From Candidatus Hodarchaeota archaeon (lineage in GTDB: Archaea; Asgardarchaeota; Lokiarchaeia; Sigyniarchaeales; SOKP01): a DNA stretch of 64,000 nt. Positions 20,068 to 29,482 of the stretch are shown piece by piece (the stretch's first letter is position 1; every line of letters starts with the position of its first letter). The notes beneath the pieces were generated by a model. It saw only the letters and a program-made list of their open reading frames with translations. It did no database searches and had not been told where the DNA came from. The stretch lies in NCBI GenBank assembly GCA_048886685.1, contig JBHLKM010000005.1, positions 10,958 to 74,957 on the forward strand, given 5' to 3'. Position numbers and translations under genes: made by a program.

Positions 20068-21259
20068 TCAAAAACCTACCGCATATCCGTCTTTACGCCA
20101 GTCTGATGCACCTAAATAACCATCTTCAAGCTTATATATTATTTGTCCACCCCCAAATCTACTGTAATCTCTGTTAGATACTTTATGCCCAAAGGGGGAT
20201 AAGCCATTAAAGACCTCTTTTTTAAATCCAGATTCGAGAAAAACTTTTAAACCTTGAGAAATTCGCCATCTTGGAGCATCTAATGCCGCCTGAGGATTTT
20301 GTTTATACTCAAATATACGAATCATCAATTGAACATTTCCTTGAGCTTGCATAGCTCCGCCCATTACGCCAAAACTCATTAACGGATTTCCATTTTGTGT
20401 TACAAACCCAGGAATAATCGTATGAAACGGTTGTTTACTAGGACCTACTTGATTTGGATGTCCTTCTACTAAAGAAAATCCATATCCTCGATTTTGAAGA
20501 CTAATTCCAGTATTAGGAACAACAATACATGAACCAAAACCAGCATAATTAGATTGGATATACGATATCATCATCCCATCAGAATCCGCTGTTGTTAAGT
20601 ATATTGTGTCTCCTTTTTTTGGGATTCCCTCATTAAATTGTCTAGCTTCATTTAAATTAATCATACTTGCTCTTGATTCCAAATATTCTGATTTTAAGAA
20701 ATTCAAAGGATCAAATTCTAATGTATTTGATTCTGAAATATAACGATATGCATCAGCAAAAGCTAATTTCATAGCTTCAATTTGTAAATGAAGTGATTGA
20801 GGTGAATCTGATTCATATGAGCTTAATTAAAACTGGTTAAGAATACCAAGCATAATTAATGCTGTCAAACCTTGACCATTTGGAGGAAATTTCAATCCAA
20901 GCAGACACAGCTCCGGACATAGTTACAGTATCCCAACCAATCAATGGCATTACTTTACGACCAGAAAAGTGTTCTGGTGCCCAAGCTGTGGGGGATCTAC
21001 CCGAAGCATTTAATACCACTATTTTTTTGCCATTCCATAATATAGTAAAGGCATCACTCCCAATACCATTCATTGTAGGTTCAACGACAGTTAAGCAAAT
21101 TCCAGCTGCAATTGCTGCGTCAATTGCATTTCCACCTTTTAAGAGCATTTGAAGTCCTGCTTGAGAAGCTAAAGGTTGTGACGTTGAAACTATATTTCTA
21201 GCTAGGATAGGCATTCTTTGCGAGTAATATTTAAAATCCCAATTGAAATCTGTAGTCAA
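20068..21259 (-). pseudogene. ggt: Gamma-glutamyltranspeptidase (YwrD-like) pseudogene with internal deletion, frameshift and nonsense codon
   Basis: The N part (SQPLA, GGNAIDAAIA, VVEP, NGIGSD) jumps at ~20887 with a frame change into PPNGQG. An in-frame TAA follows at 20829-20827. The C part retains GDTIYL, SYIQSNY, PFHTIIPG and DWRKDG. Confidence 0.9.
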
Positions 21260-21391
21260 AATAATAACCTAAAAATTATTGATAATTATTATTGTAAATT
21301 ATAATAATAATATCTAAAAATCTACTTTATTTTAATAAACTTAGATACTGATTAAATATTATTTTTTAATAAAACTTCTTAATCAAGTACA

Positions 21392-22300
21392 ATGGCAATT
21401 AGTTATCCTCCTGAGCATATTATTATTCGTCCTCCTGTAGAAGCATACTCTCTTTTAATTGCTGTTACAGGCGGATGTTCTTGGAATAAATGTAGATTTT
21501 GCGGGACATATAAGGGAATGTATGGAACAACTCAAGAGTATACTATACGACCTTTAGAAGATGTCAAAAAGGACATTGATCAAGCAGCTAAATACAATTA
21601 TCATGGTTTTCCAGTGTTCTTAGCAGGAGGAAATCCTACTTCAGCTCCAACTGACTATCTGGTGGAAGTTATCAAATATGTAAGATTGAAACTAAGAAAT
21701 GTTCAACGAGTAAGTTGTTATGCGAAAGCATTAGATATCTTAAGAAAGACAGATGAAGAATTAATAAAACTAGCTGAAGCCGGACTAGACATAGTTTATA
21801 TGGGATTAGAGAGTGGTTCAAATACCGTATTGAGATTAATGAAAAAAGGGACTAACGCTCAGTCTTTTATAAAAGCTGGGAAAAGATTGTTAAAAGCAGG
21901 AATTAAATTATCACTTTATGTTATACTTGGATTAGGAGGACATAAATATTCTGATGATCACGTTAAAGAAACTGCGAGGGTCTTAACTGAAATTAATCCG
22001 ACGATCTTTAGGTTTAGAACTTTAAACATTTCACATAGTACACCTCTTTGGGAAGATTTAAAATCTGGAGAATTTACTTTACTAAGCCCTGTTGAAAATT
22101 TAGAAGAAGAACGGGATATTATTGCAAACCTCGGTGAAAATGTTACTTCTCAAGTGTTCAATGACCATATTAGCAATTACTGTTCAATTGAATCAACAAA
22201 TATTAAAATAGATCGAGAAATGTTTATTACCGCATTAGATTCATATATAAATGATCCAAGGATCAAACAAATGCCAAGAAAGAACTTAACTCGTATGTAA
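21392..22300 (+). CDS. Radical SAM protein
   Basis: IIRPPVEAYSLL, GCSWNKCRFC cluster motif, YMGLESG. Confidence 0.9.
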   Translation: MAISYPPEHIIIRPPVEAYSLLIAVTGGCSWNKCRFCGTYKGMYGTTQEYTIRPLEDVKKDIDQAAKYNYHGFPVFLAGGNPTSAPTDYLVEVIKYVRLKLRNVQRVSCYAKALDILRKTDEELIKLAEAGLDIVYMGLESGSNTVLRLMKKGTNAQSFIKAGKRLLKAGIKLSLYVILGLGGHKYSDDHVKETARVLTEINPTIFRFRTLNISHSTPLWEDLKSGEFTLLSPVENLEEERDIIANLGENVTSQVFNDHISNYCSIESTNIKIDREMFITALDSYINDPRIKQMPRKNLTRM

Positions 22301-22408
22301 CTAAAATAGTTAATTTGAAGATTTGACTTCTTCTTCCATCGCTTCAAAAGATGTCTTATAATTTTTAATAATATTCAACTATTATAAATGGAATGTAGTA
22401 AACTTATT

Positions 22409-23470
22409 TTATAAATTAACTACAGTATCTATTCTTTTAATATATTTACTATAGTCTGAGATTGCACTCAAAACATAATCATAGATCTTATGAATCTGAG
22501 TATAACCATTTAAATCTTTAAATTCAGCTTTATTTCTTTCTAACTCTAATTTCATATTTTCTAAAGTTTTTACCCATTTTGTCATTTTGATGATAATATA
22601 CCTTGAAAATCTGAGTAATATCAATGAATCGGCACAATATGTAATTTTACCTTTATCTGAAGTATGTGCTTTAAAGATAAGTTCATCCTCTAAAAGTTGA
22701 TTTACTTCTTCAGAAATCTTCCCTGCTGATAATCCTGTGACATTTTTCAATGTTTCTTGAGTGAGATATTTCCGTGTCATAAAATATCCCAAAATTTTAA
22801 TAAACATAGGATCGCGGGTAGAAAACATTGGTGACCCAATAAGTTCGGTTATAATATCATCTTCAATTATGTACACCTCAGGGTCATATTTTATCTCCTT
22901 TACATCTTTTTGCTCACCTTTTAGACACTCAAAGGATTTCGGAGAGAATTTTTTTTGAATTTTCTCAACTGGTAGCTCATCGTAAGGATAAACTATTTTA
23001 TAGATTTCAAAGCTATTTAGCAATTCTTCAATTCTTAATGATAGGTGTTCCGCGCCAACCTTAGATTGTTCAATTAACTTCTTTAAATCCTTTTGTTTAT
23101 TTTTTAAGAAATCTTCAAAAGAACCAATATGTTTTATCGCGAACTCAATCGCCTGAGTAGTAAGAGTTTCGAGTTCCCCTGAAAAAGAATACTCAAATGT
23201 ATGAGTACCTTCAATACGTTGTTTTTGAAAGTATCCTGTCCCAGCCATAACTGATAAATATGTTGATATCGTACCCATTGAAAATCCTGTTAGCTCTTTT
23301 AATTCTTTCTGAGTTAACTTCCCATGAATAAGTAAATAACAGGCGATTCTTGCTACTTTGGGATTGACTCTTTTACTCTTACTGATATTTAAAATAATTT
23401 CTACAAGTTCTTCTTCATATTTGCGTAAATTATCATCAAAAAGTCGAATTTCCACCGTTTTTTCTGACAT
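22409..23470 (-). CDS. Tandem-duplicated GbsR/MarR-type winged-helix transcription regulator
   Basis: Two homologous halves: LTQKELKELTGFSMGTISTYL and LTQETLKNVTGLSAGKISEEV; divergent from the ABC exporter. Confidence 0.85.
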   Translation of the reverse strand: MSEKTVEIRLFDDNLRKYEEELVEIILNISKSKRVNPKVARIACYLLIHGKLTQKELKELTGFSMGTISTYLSVMAGTGYFQKQRIEGTHTFEYSFSGELETLTTQAIEFAIKHIGSFEDFLKNKQKDLKKLIEQSKVGAEHLSLRIEELLNSFEIYKIVYPYDELPVEKIQKKFSPKSFECLKGEQKDVKEIKYDPEVYIIEDDIITELIGSPMFSTRDPMFIKILGYFMTRKYLTQETLKNVTGLSAGKISEEVNQLLEDELIFKAHTSDKGKITYCADSLILLRFSRYIIIKMTKWVKTLENMKLELERNKAEFKDLNGYTQIHKIYDYVLSAISDYSKYIKRIDTVVNL

Positions 23471-23618
23471 ACTTCAATTTCTATTATATAATTTGCTTTA
23501 TTTATTTAATTTTAAAATTGTTTTTCTATAAATATATAATTTAAGTTGCCTTAAGCTAGAGATCAAATTTTATATCTTAATTAATCTATAGGATTTCAGA
23601 AATATAAACTTTTCCAAA

Positions 23619-23758
23619 TTTCAAATAATGTGAAGGTTAAATTTAATTTTATTCCTCATATGACTCAATATTAGATTAAGTTTCGAAATTTGTGAAACAT
23701 TTAAATATGTTGTTTCCTCTATATTAATTGACATTCTTAAATTTCAAAAAAAATGAAG
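23619..23758. promoter_or_regulatory. Three phased TTTC-N9-GAAR operator-like sites in the divergent promoter region
   Basis: Sites at 23619-23635, 23681-23697 and 23742-23758, spaced 62 and 61 bp; TATA-like TTTAAATA just after the second site. Confidence 0.55.
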
Positions 23759-23855
23759 AAAGATTTATATATTAGTTATGCCTAAATAAACATAATTATA
23801 AATAAAATTTTGGTGATATTTAATAAATATAATTAAAATCATGGGATAAATAGAA

Positions 23856-24812
23856 ATGTCTAAAGAAATTATAATTCAAACTAAAAACCTGACAAAATTT
23901 TACGGCAGATCCCGAGGGATTGAAAATCTTAGTCTTGAAATTTTTCAAGGTGAGATTTTTGGATTACTTGGACCTAATGGTGCTGGAAAAACCACAACTA
24001 TTCGAGTATTATTAGATCTTATCCGAAAAACATCTGGGGAAGCAAAAATTTTTAATCTTGATGTTCATCTCGACTCTGTAGCAATACGTCAACGTATTGC
24101 TTATCTACCTGGGGAGCTAGGATTGTTTCAGGAAAAATCAGCTCGACGAAATATAAATTATATCCTTGGATTATATCAAAATCATATTCCTGATCGTCAT
24201 ATAGAAGAATTAGCGGAAATTTTTGGATTAGAACTTGATAGGAAGGTAAAAGAGCTTAGTAAAGGTAATAAACAAAAAATTGGAATAATACTTGCACTTG
24301 CCCCTGAAGTAGATTTACTTATACTTGATGAGCCAACTTCGGGTTTAGATCCTCTTATTACAGCTGAATTCTATAATATTCTTCATAAACAACAAGAGGA
24401 AACGGGATCTACAGTTTTATTGAGTTCCCATTTGTTAGGCGAAGTAGAGAAAGTTGCTCATCGTGTTGGGATCATTCGTGAGGGAGCTATAGTTGAAGTA
24501 GCAACGATCCAACAATTAAAACGTATGGCTATGAAAGAGATTAAAGTTGAATTTGCATCTGCGAAAGGCTTACAATATTTATCAAATAAACTCCCGGGTG
24601 AAAAAGTAGAAAAAGTCATATTAAATGATACTCATGCATCGTTTTTAGTGTCTCGAGAGGACCTCTCTAAAATTCTTAATTTACTTTCAGAAGCTGAAAT
24701 TGTTGATACTGACATTACAAGTCCGGCATTAGAGGATATATTTTTGAAATATTATCAAGTAAGCTCACCTGAAGTAAACAAACCTATAAAAAAGAAGGAG
24801 GTGGAATCTTAG
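23856..24812 (+). CDS. ABC-2 type exporter ATP-binding subunit
   Basis: GPNGAGKTT, LSKGNKQK, ILDEPTSGLD, SSH. Confidence 0.95.
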   Translation: MSKEIIIQTKNLTKFYGRSRGIENLSLEIFQGEIFGLLGPNGAGKTTTIRVLLDLIRKTSGEAKIFNLDVHLDSVAIRQRIAYLPGELGLFQEKSARRNINYILGLYQNHIPDRHIEELAEIFGLELDRKVKELSKGNKQKIGIILALAPEVDLLILDEPTSGLDPLITAEFYNILHKQQEETGSTVLLSSHLLGEVEKVAHRVGIIREGAIVEVATIQQLKRMAMKEIKVEFASAKGLQYLSNKLPGEKVEKVILNDTHASFLVSREDLSKILNLLSEAEIVDTDITSPALEDIFLKYYQVSSPEVNKPIKKKEVES

Positions 24813-25634
24813 ATGAGGCAGTTTATAATGAGTGTAAGAGAGAATTTACTGGCAAAGAAATATATACTATTAATTTTAGGGGGAATTATTGGATTGTTAA
24901 GTTATTTTATTATATATATGGTTGAAGATATGAATCTCGAAGATTTAACAGAAATTTTTCAAAATTTTCCAGAAGATGTAATAGAGTTTTTTGGAGATAT
25001 CGAAATTTTTACTAGCCCTTATGGATTCTGGAGTTTAGAAATGTTATCCTTTATTTGGATATATGCAGGTATTTATATTGTGTATATGGCAAGTACCCTA
25101 TTATCTCAAGAAGTCGAAGAAAAAACCATTGATCTTTCACTTTCTAAGCCCGTCTCTCGATACAACTTCCTAGGGTGTAAAATTTTATTCCTTTACATTT
25201 TCATAGCAGCCACAATAGGACTCTTCTTTCTCATTACAATGGGTGGTATGGCATTTTCTTCAACATATACTGAAGGTGGGCTATATTTTGATAGATTATG
25301 GTTGACGTATTTAAATGTAGTCCTCTTCTTAGGAGCACTAGCAATGGTTGCAAAACTTTTTTCAACCATTTTTCTTGCTACAAGAAAATCAATGGCATTA
25401 GGTGTTGTAGTATTATTTTTAATGTTCTTTCTTGGTGAATTTTATATTTACATGGATGATTCAGTTCAAGGAATAAAATATATATCAGTGTTCTACTATT
25501 TTAACCCTGGTGAATACTTAGTTCACTCAGACTTTCCCCTTTATATTCGAGATATTATTGTTTTAGGTTCTGTAAATGCTGGATTAATAATAGCAAGCCT
25601 TCTTATTTTCAATAGAAAGGATATACCTATATAA
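24813..25634 (+). CDS. ABC-2 type exporter permease
   Basis: 6 TM helices, EVEEKTIDLSLSKPVSR motif, C-terminal FNRKDI; abuts the ATPase gene. Confidence 0.9.
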   Translation: MRQFIMSVRENLLAKKYILLILGGIIGLLSYFIIYMVEDMNLEDLTEIFQNFPEDVIEFFGDIEIFTSPYGFWSLEMLSFIWIYAGIYIVYMASTLLSQEVEEKTIDLSLSKPVSRYNFLGCKILFLYIFIAATIGLFFLITMGGMAFSSTYTEGGLYFDRLWLTYLNVVLFLGALAMVAKLFSTIFLATRKSMALGVVVLFLMFFLGEFYIYMDDSVQGIKYISVFYYFNPGEYLVHSDFPLYIRDIIVLGSVNAGLIIASLLIFNRKDIPI

Positions 25635-25793
25635 ACCTTTTTTTTCCTTATTTTTTTAAAAAATCAAAACACACAAAATTTTATAAACTAAATTTTCTTT
25701 AATAATAAAATTCAAAAACTTTTTACTTTTTAATTCGAAAATTCAAGAATTCTTCAATTAATCAGTAAAATCCCTTAAAATTGGTGATTGTAA

Positions 25794-27263
25794 ATGTCAG
25801 ATTATTACAGAAAAAAAGTCCACTCAAATGAGCTAATTGCGACATTTGATGACGTTTTAATACTACCTGGTTTTACAGATTTTTCTCCAAGCCAGGTTGA
25901 TTTATCTTCGAATTTAGGCAAATATCACTTTAATCTTCCTATAATATCCTCTGCAATGGACACAGTTACAGAAGAAAATATGGCAATTAGCATGGCTTTA
26001 CATGGAGGTCTTGGAGTTTTGCATCGTAATTGTTCTTATGAAAGACAGGTTGAGATGTGTCGGATCGTAAAAAGAGCAAGATCCTTTGTTATAAATGATG
26101 TCGCTACAATTAGTCCAAGTGCAAAGGTCGCAAAAGCAAAATTTATGATGGAAAACTATAATATAAGCGGGATTGTTGTAACTAATGATGAAAAGAAGGT
26201 TTGTGGAATATTTACCAAAAGAGATATTCCTTTTCTTGAGCAAGATATAAAAAATGGAACTATTAAAAACTATATGACAAAAGATGTGATTTCTATTAAA
26301 CCAGGTGCATCGCGTGAGGATGCACTGAAAATTTTATATGATTCTCGTAAAGAAAAATTACCCATTATAGATGAAAACGGTTTTTTAAAAGGACTTATTA
26401 CAAAAAAGGATTTAGCTCCAGAATTCCCATTAGCTTCTAAAGATGAGGAAGGGCACTTGTTATGTGGTATGGCATTATCTCCTAAATTTCCAGAATCTTC
26501 CCAATCTAAAGAGATATTGAAAGAGATCGATAAATTTGTGGATATTTTCTTTATTGATGTAGCTGATTTCTATAAGAAAGACGATATTGAGGGTACAACA
26601 AAATTAATGAATTTTTTAGAATCTGATTTTGTGCTAGGTAATATAGGTACTTATCAAGCAGCAGAACATTTAATAACTAAAGTTGATTTTGTTGAAGAGA
26701 GATTTATCGGATTAAAAGTAGGAATGGGTTCAGGATCAATTTGTACTACTTCCCTACAAACGGGAGTAGGCGCTCCAACTCTTTTTGCTACAGCTCAAGT
26801 AGCTGATGCAATACAAGATTATAATCCAAAACTATCATTAATTGCAGATGGTGGTTTTAAGAATCCAGGTGATTTGCCAAAAGCATTTGCAGTTGGTGCG
26901 GACTTAATAATGTCTGGACATTTCTTTGCGGGTACTGATGAATCTCCTGGTTTTATAGACACCATAGCAGGGAGAAAAGTAAAAGTTTATAGAGGAATGG
27001 GGTCAAAAGAAGCAAGAACTTCAGGATATATCTCAGATAGATATGTTGAAGGGTCAAAAATGTTAACAGAAGGTGTATCCAATTATGTACCTTATGTAGG
27101 AGACGTTTTAGGTGTATTAGCTACTTTAAAGGAAGGTTTAGCAAATGGGATGATTTATGCTGGCGCTGAATCTATTAACGATATGAAGAAAGCACCACTT
27201 GGTATTGTTTCTGTTGTAGGTCAACGTGAGACTGCCCCTCATGATTTAATTGGAAAATTTTAG
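25794..27263 (+). CDS. guaB: IMP dehydrogenase with CBS pair
   Basis: TFDDVLILP, SSAMDTVTE, GGLGVLHRN, catalytic GSGSICTT, IADGG, YRGMGS. Confidence 0.93.
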   Translation: MSDYYRKKVHSNELIATFDDVLILPGFTDFSPSQVDLSSNLGKYHFNLPIISSAMDTVTEENMAISMALHGGLGVLHRNCSYERQVEMCRIVKRARSFVINDVATISPSAKVAKAKFMMENYNISGIVVTNDEKKVCGIFTKRDIPFLEQDIKNGTIKNYMTKDVISIKPGASREDALKILYDSRKEKLPIIDENGFLKGLITKKDLAPEFPLASKDEEGHLLCGMALSPKFPESSQSKEILKEIDKFVDIFFIDVADFYKKDDIEGTTKLMNFLESDFVLGNIGTYQAAEHLITKVDFVEERFIGLKVGMGSGSICTTSLQTGVGAPTLFATAQVADAIQDYNPKLSLIADGGFKNPGDLPKAFAVGADLIMSGHFFAGTDESPGFIDTIAGRKVKVYRGMGSKEARTSGYISDRYVEGSKMLTEGVSNYVPYVGDVLGVLATLKEGLANGMIYAGAESINDMKKAPLGIVSVVGQRETAPHDLIGKF

Positions 27264-27393
27264 ATCTTTCCCTTTTCACTTTATCTCAGGAAATTTCTAT
27301 TTATTAAATATCTATTAAATAATTTTTAACTACAATAAACTTTAGTTTCTTAGGATCATTGTTATTAATTAAGAATGGCCAAAATGAGTTTTT

Positions 27394-28995
27394 ATGAAAA
27401 AAATCGAAAGAGCATTAGTTAGTGTATATGACAAAAAGAACGTCTTAGATTTCGTCAGAGTACTAGTTAATGAATTTGGGGTTGAAATTCTTTCAACTGG
27501 AGGAACAGGAGAATTATTAGGGAATAATGGCATTAAATATATCAAAATCTCTGAGTATACGGAGTCACCTGAAATGTTTGATGGTAGAGTAAAGACTCTA
27601 CACCCAAAGATTGAAGGAGGTATACTTTATCGTAGAAATTTGGAGAAAGATGTAGAAAACGCAAAAAAATACAATATCCCTCCTATTGATATGATTATAT
27701 GTAATCTTTACCAATTTAAGGAGGCTATTAAACCCGATATTACCTTAGAAGAAGCATTAGAGATGATTGATATAGGTGGACCTACTATAATTAGAGCTGC
27801 TGCTAAAAATTTTCCAAACGTGGTAGTTGTTCCCCATGTAAGGTATTATGACCAAATTATTAAGGAACTAAAGGAAAACGATGGACAAGTTACCGATAAA
27901 ACAAGAGCGGAATTAGCTCAAGATGTTTTTACTATAATGGCGGATTATAACGCGGCTATAGCTAATTTCCTTCAATCTTATTATAACCCAGATAAAATTT
28001 TTGGAAAGCATATAATCAAAGTTTATGAAAAAGTTCAAGATTGCCGATACGGGGAGAATTGGGATCAATCCGCAGCTTACTATAGGGATCTTTCAGCAAA
28101 ATACGGACTTCATAGTTTTAATCAATTAGGTGGTAAACAGATTTCATTTAATAATTTTTTAGATATTGATTCTTGTGTACAAATGTTACTAGATTTTGAT
28201 AAGGCCCAATATGTAACTGCAATTCTTAAACATACCTCTCCAAATGGTATAGCTATTAACAGGAAGAATCAACTAAAATCTGTACAAATGGCATATAATT
28301 GCGATCCTATGTCTGCTTTTGGAGGAATTTGGGGTGTAAACAAAGAATTAACTTCTGATGTTGCAGATTTCATTATAAACAAGGAAAAAATCTTTGTAGA
28401 TGTTATTCTGGCACCTTCATTTGATCCTAAAGCTCTTAAAATTTTGAAACAGAAACAAAATATGAGAATATTAGAATTAGGTGATTTTCTAGAAAAAAGA
28501 AAAGAAATCTATGAAAACTTAGAGATTCGATCAACTTTAGGTGGGGTATTAATACAAGAATATGATAGTAAACCTGTTATTAAAGAATGGAATGTTGTCA
28601 GTAAAAGGAAAGTAAGTGAAGCCGAGAAGGAAGCACTAATTTTTGCATATAAAGTTTCAAAATGGGCTAAATCAAATTCTGCCTGTTTTGCTCAAGAAGA
28701 TGAGGATGGATTCTATACAATTGGAATAGGAGCTGGACAACAAAGTAGAGTACATGTAGTTAAATTAGCTGCTCAAAAGGCAATTGAATTTGGTCATAAA
28801 GAGGAATTGAAAAACTCAGTAATGGGGACTGACTCCTTCATTCCATTTCCTGATGCCTTAGAAGCTGCTGTGAATGTGGGAGCAAAAGCAATAATACATC
28901 CAGGGGGGAGTATAAGGGATGATTTAATTATCAATCGTGCTGATGAATTAGGATGTGCTTTGGTATTTTGTGGAAAAAGAGTATTCCGACATTAA
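27394..28995 (+). CDS. purH: Bifunctional AICAR transformylase/IMP cyclohydrolase
   Basis: RALVSVYDK, STGGT, GRVKTLHP, IDIGGPT, RYGEN, SAFGG, GAGQQSRV, PGGSIRD, RVFRH. Confidence 0.96.
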   Translation: MKKIERALVSVYDKKNVLDFVRVLVNEFGVEILSTGGTGELLGNNGIKYIKISEYTESPEMFDGRVKTLHPKIEGGILYRRNLEKDVENAKKYNIPPIDMIICNLYQFKEAIKPDITLEEALEMIDIGGPTIIRAAAKNFPNVVVVPHVRYYDQIIKELKENDGQVTDKTRAELAQDVFTIMADYNAAIANFLQSYYNPDKIFGKHIIKVYEKVQDCRYGENWDQSAAYYRDLSAKYGLHSFNQLGGKQISFNNFLDIDSCVQMLLDFDKAQYVTAILKHTSPNGIAINRKNQLKSVQMAYNCDPMSAFGGIWGVNKELTSDVADFIINKEKIFVDVILAPSFDPKALKILKQKQNMRILELGDFLEKRKEIYENLEIRSTLGGVLIQEYDSKPVIKEWNVVSKRKVSEAEKEALIFAYKVSKWAKSNSACFAQEDEDGFYTIGIGAGQQSRVHVVKLAAQKAIEFGHKEELKNSVMGTDSFIPFPDALEAAVNVGAKAIIHPGGSIRDDLIINRADELGCALVFCGKRVFRH

Positions 28996-29192
28996 ATCTG
29001 GTTTAAGATAAATGCCTTTAACTCTTAAAGTTTTGATAGATTTAGGTTTTTAAGTATTTTTTTCTTGGGATAAAAAAACTTTATAAAGATTAAATCATAA
29101 AAATTAAAAAGATCATTTTTACTTTTTAAGTTAAAAATTTAATTGAGGAGAGTATCACTAATTAGTTTCTGTTAGGAGGGGCTCTAATAACA

Positions 29193-29480
29193 ATGGACTT
29201 TTTCATGAATAACTTGAAAGCCACGCTTGATGCTATAAATAAATTAATTGATAATAATGTGAATATAGTCAATACTAAGAGAATTCGAAGATGTTTCAAT
29301 ATTAAATCATCAAATCGTTCTAAGATTAATTTTATATGGAGATCCCTAAAGTTTCTCGAGGAGGAAGGAATTTTAACTTTAAATGGCATTACTAATCCCA
29401 AAACATATAAGATCTTGGTAGACAAAAGAATTGACGTTGATAAATTTCTCACTCAACTAGAAAAAGATAAAAAACGTTAA
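29193..29480 (+). CDS. Small basic winged-helix-like hypothetical protein
   Basis: FIWRSLKFLEEEGILTL..PKTY resembles a wHTH recognition helix and wing; GGAGG SD upstream. Confidence 0.6.
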   Translation: MDFFMNNLKATLDAINKLIDNNVNIVNTKRIRRCFNIKSSNRSKINFIWRSLKFLEEEGILTLNGITNPKTYKILVDKRIDVDKFLTQLEKDKKR

Positions 29481-29482
29481 CT

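Noticed and set aside
20827-20829. In-frame stop as recoding (Sec/Pyl or readthrough)
   Set aside because: It is TAA within a gene that also has a deletion and frameshift; I noticed no convincing in-frame TGA selenoprotein or SECIS in the window
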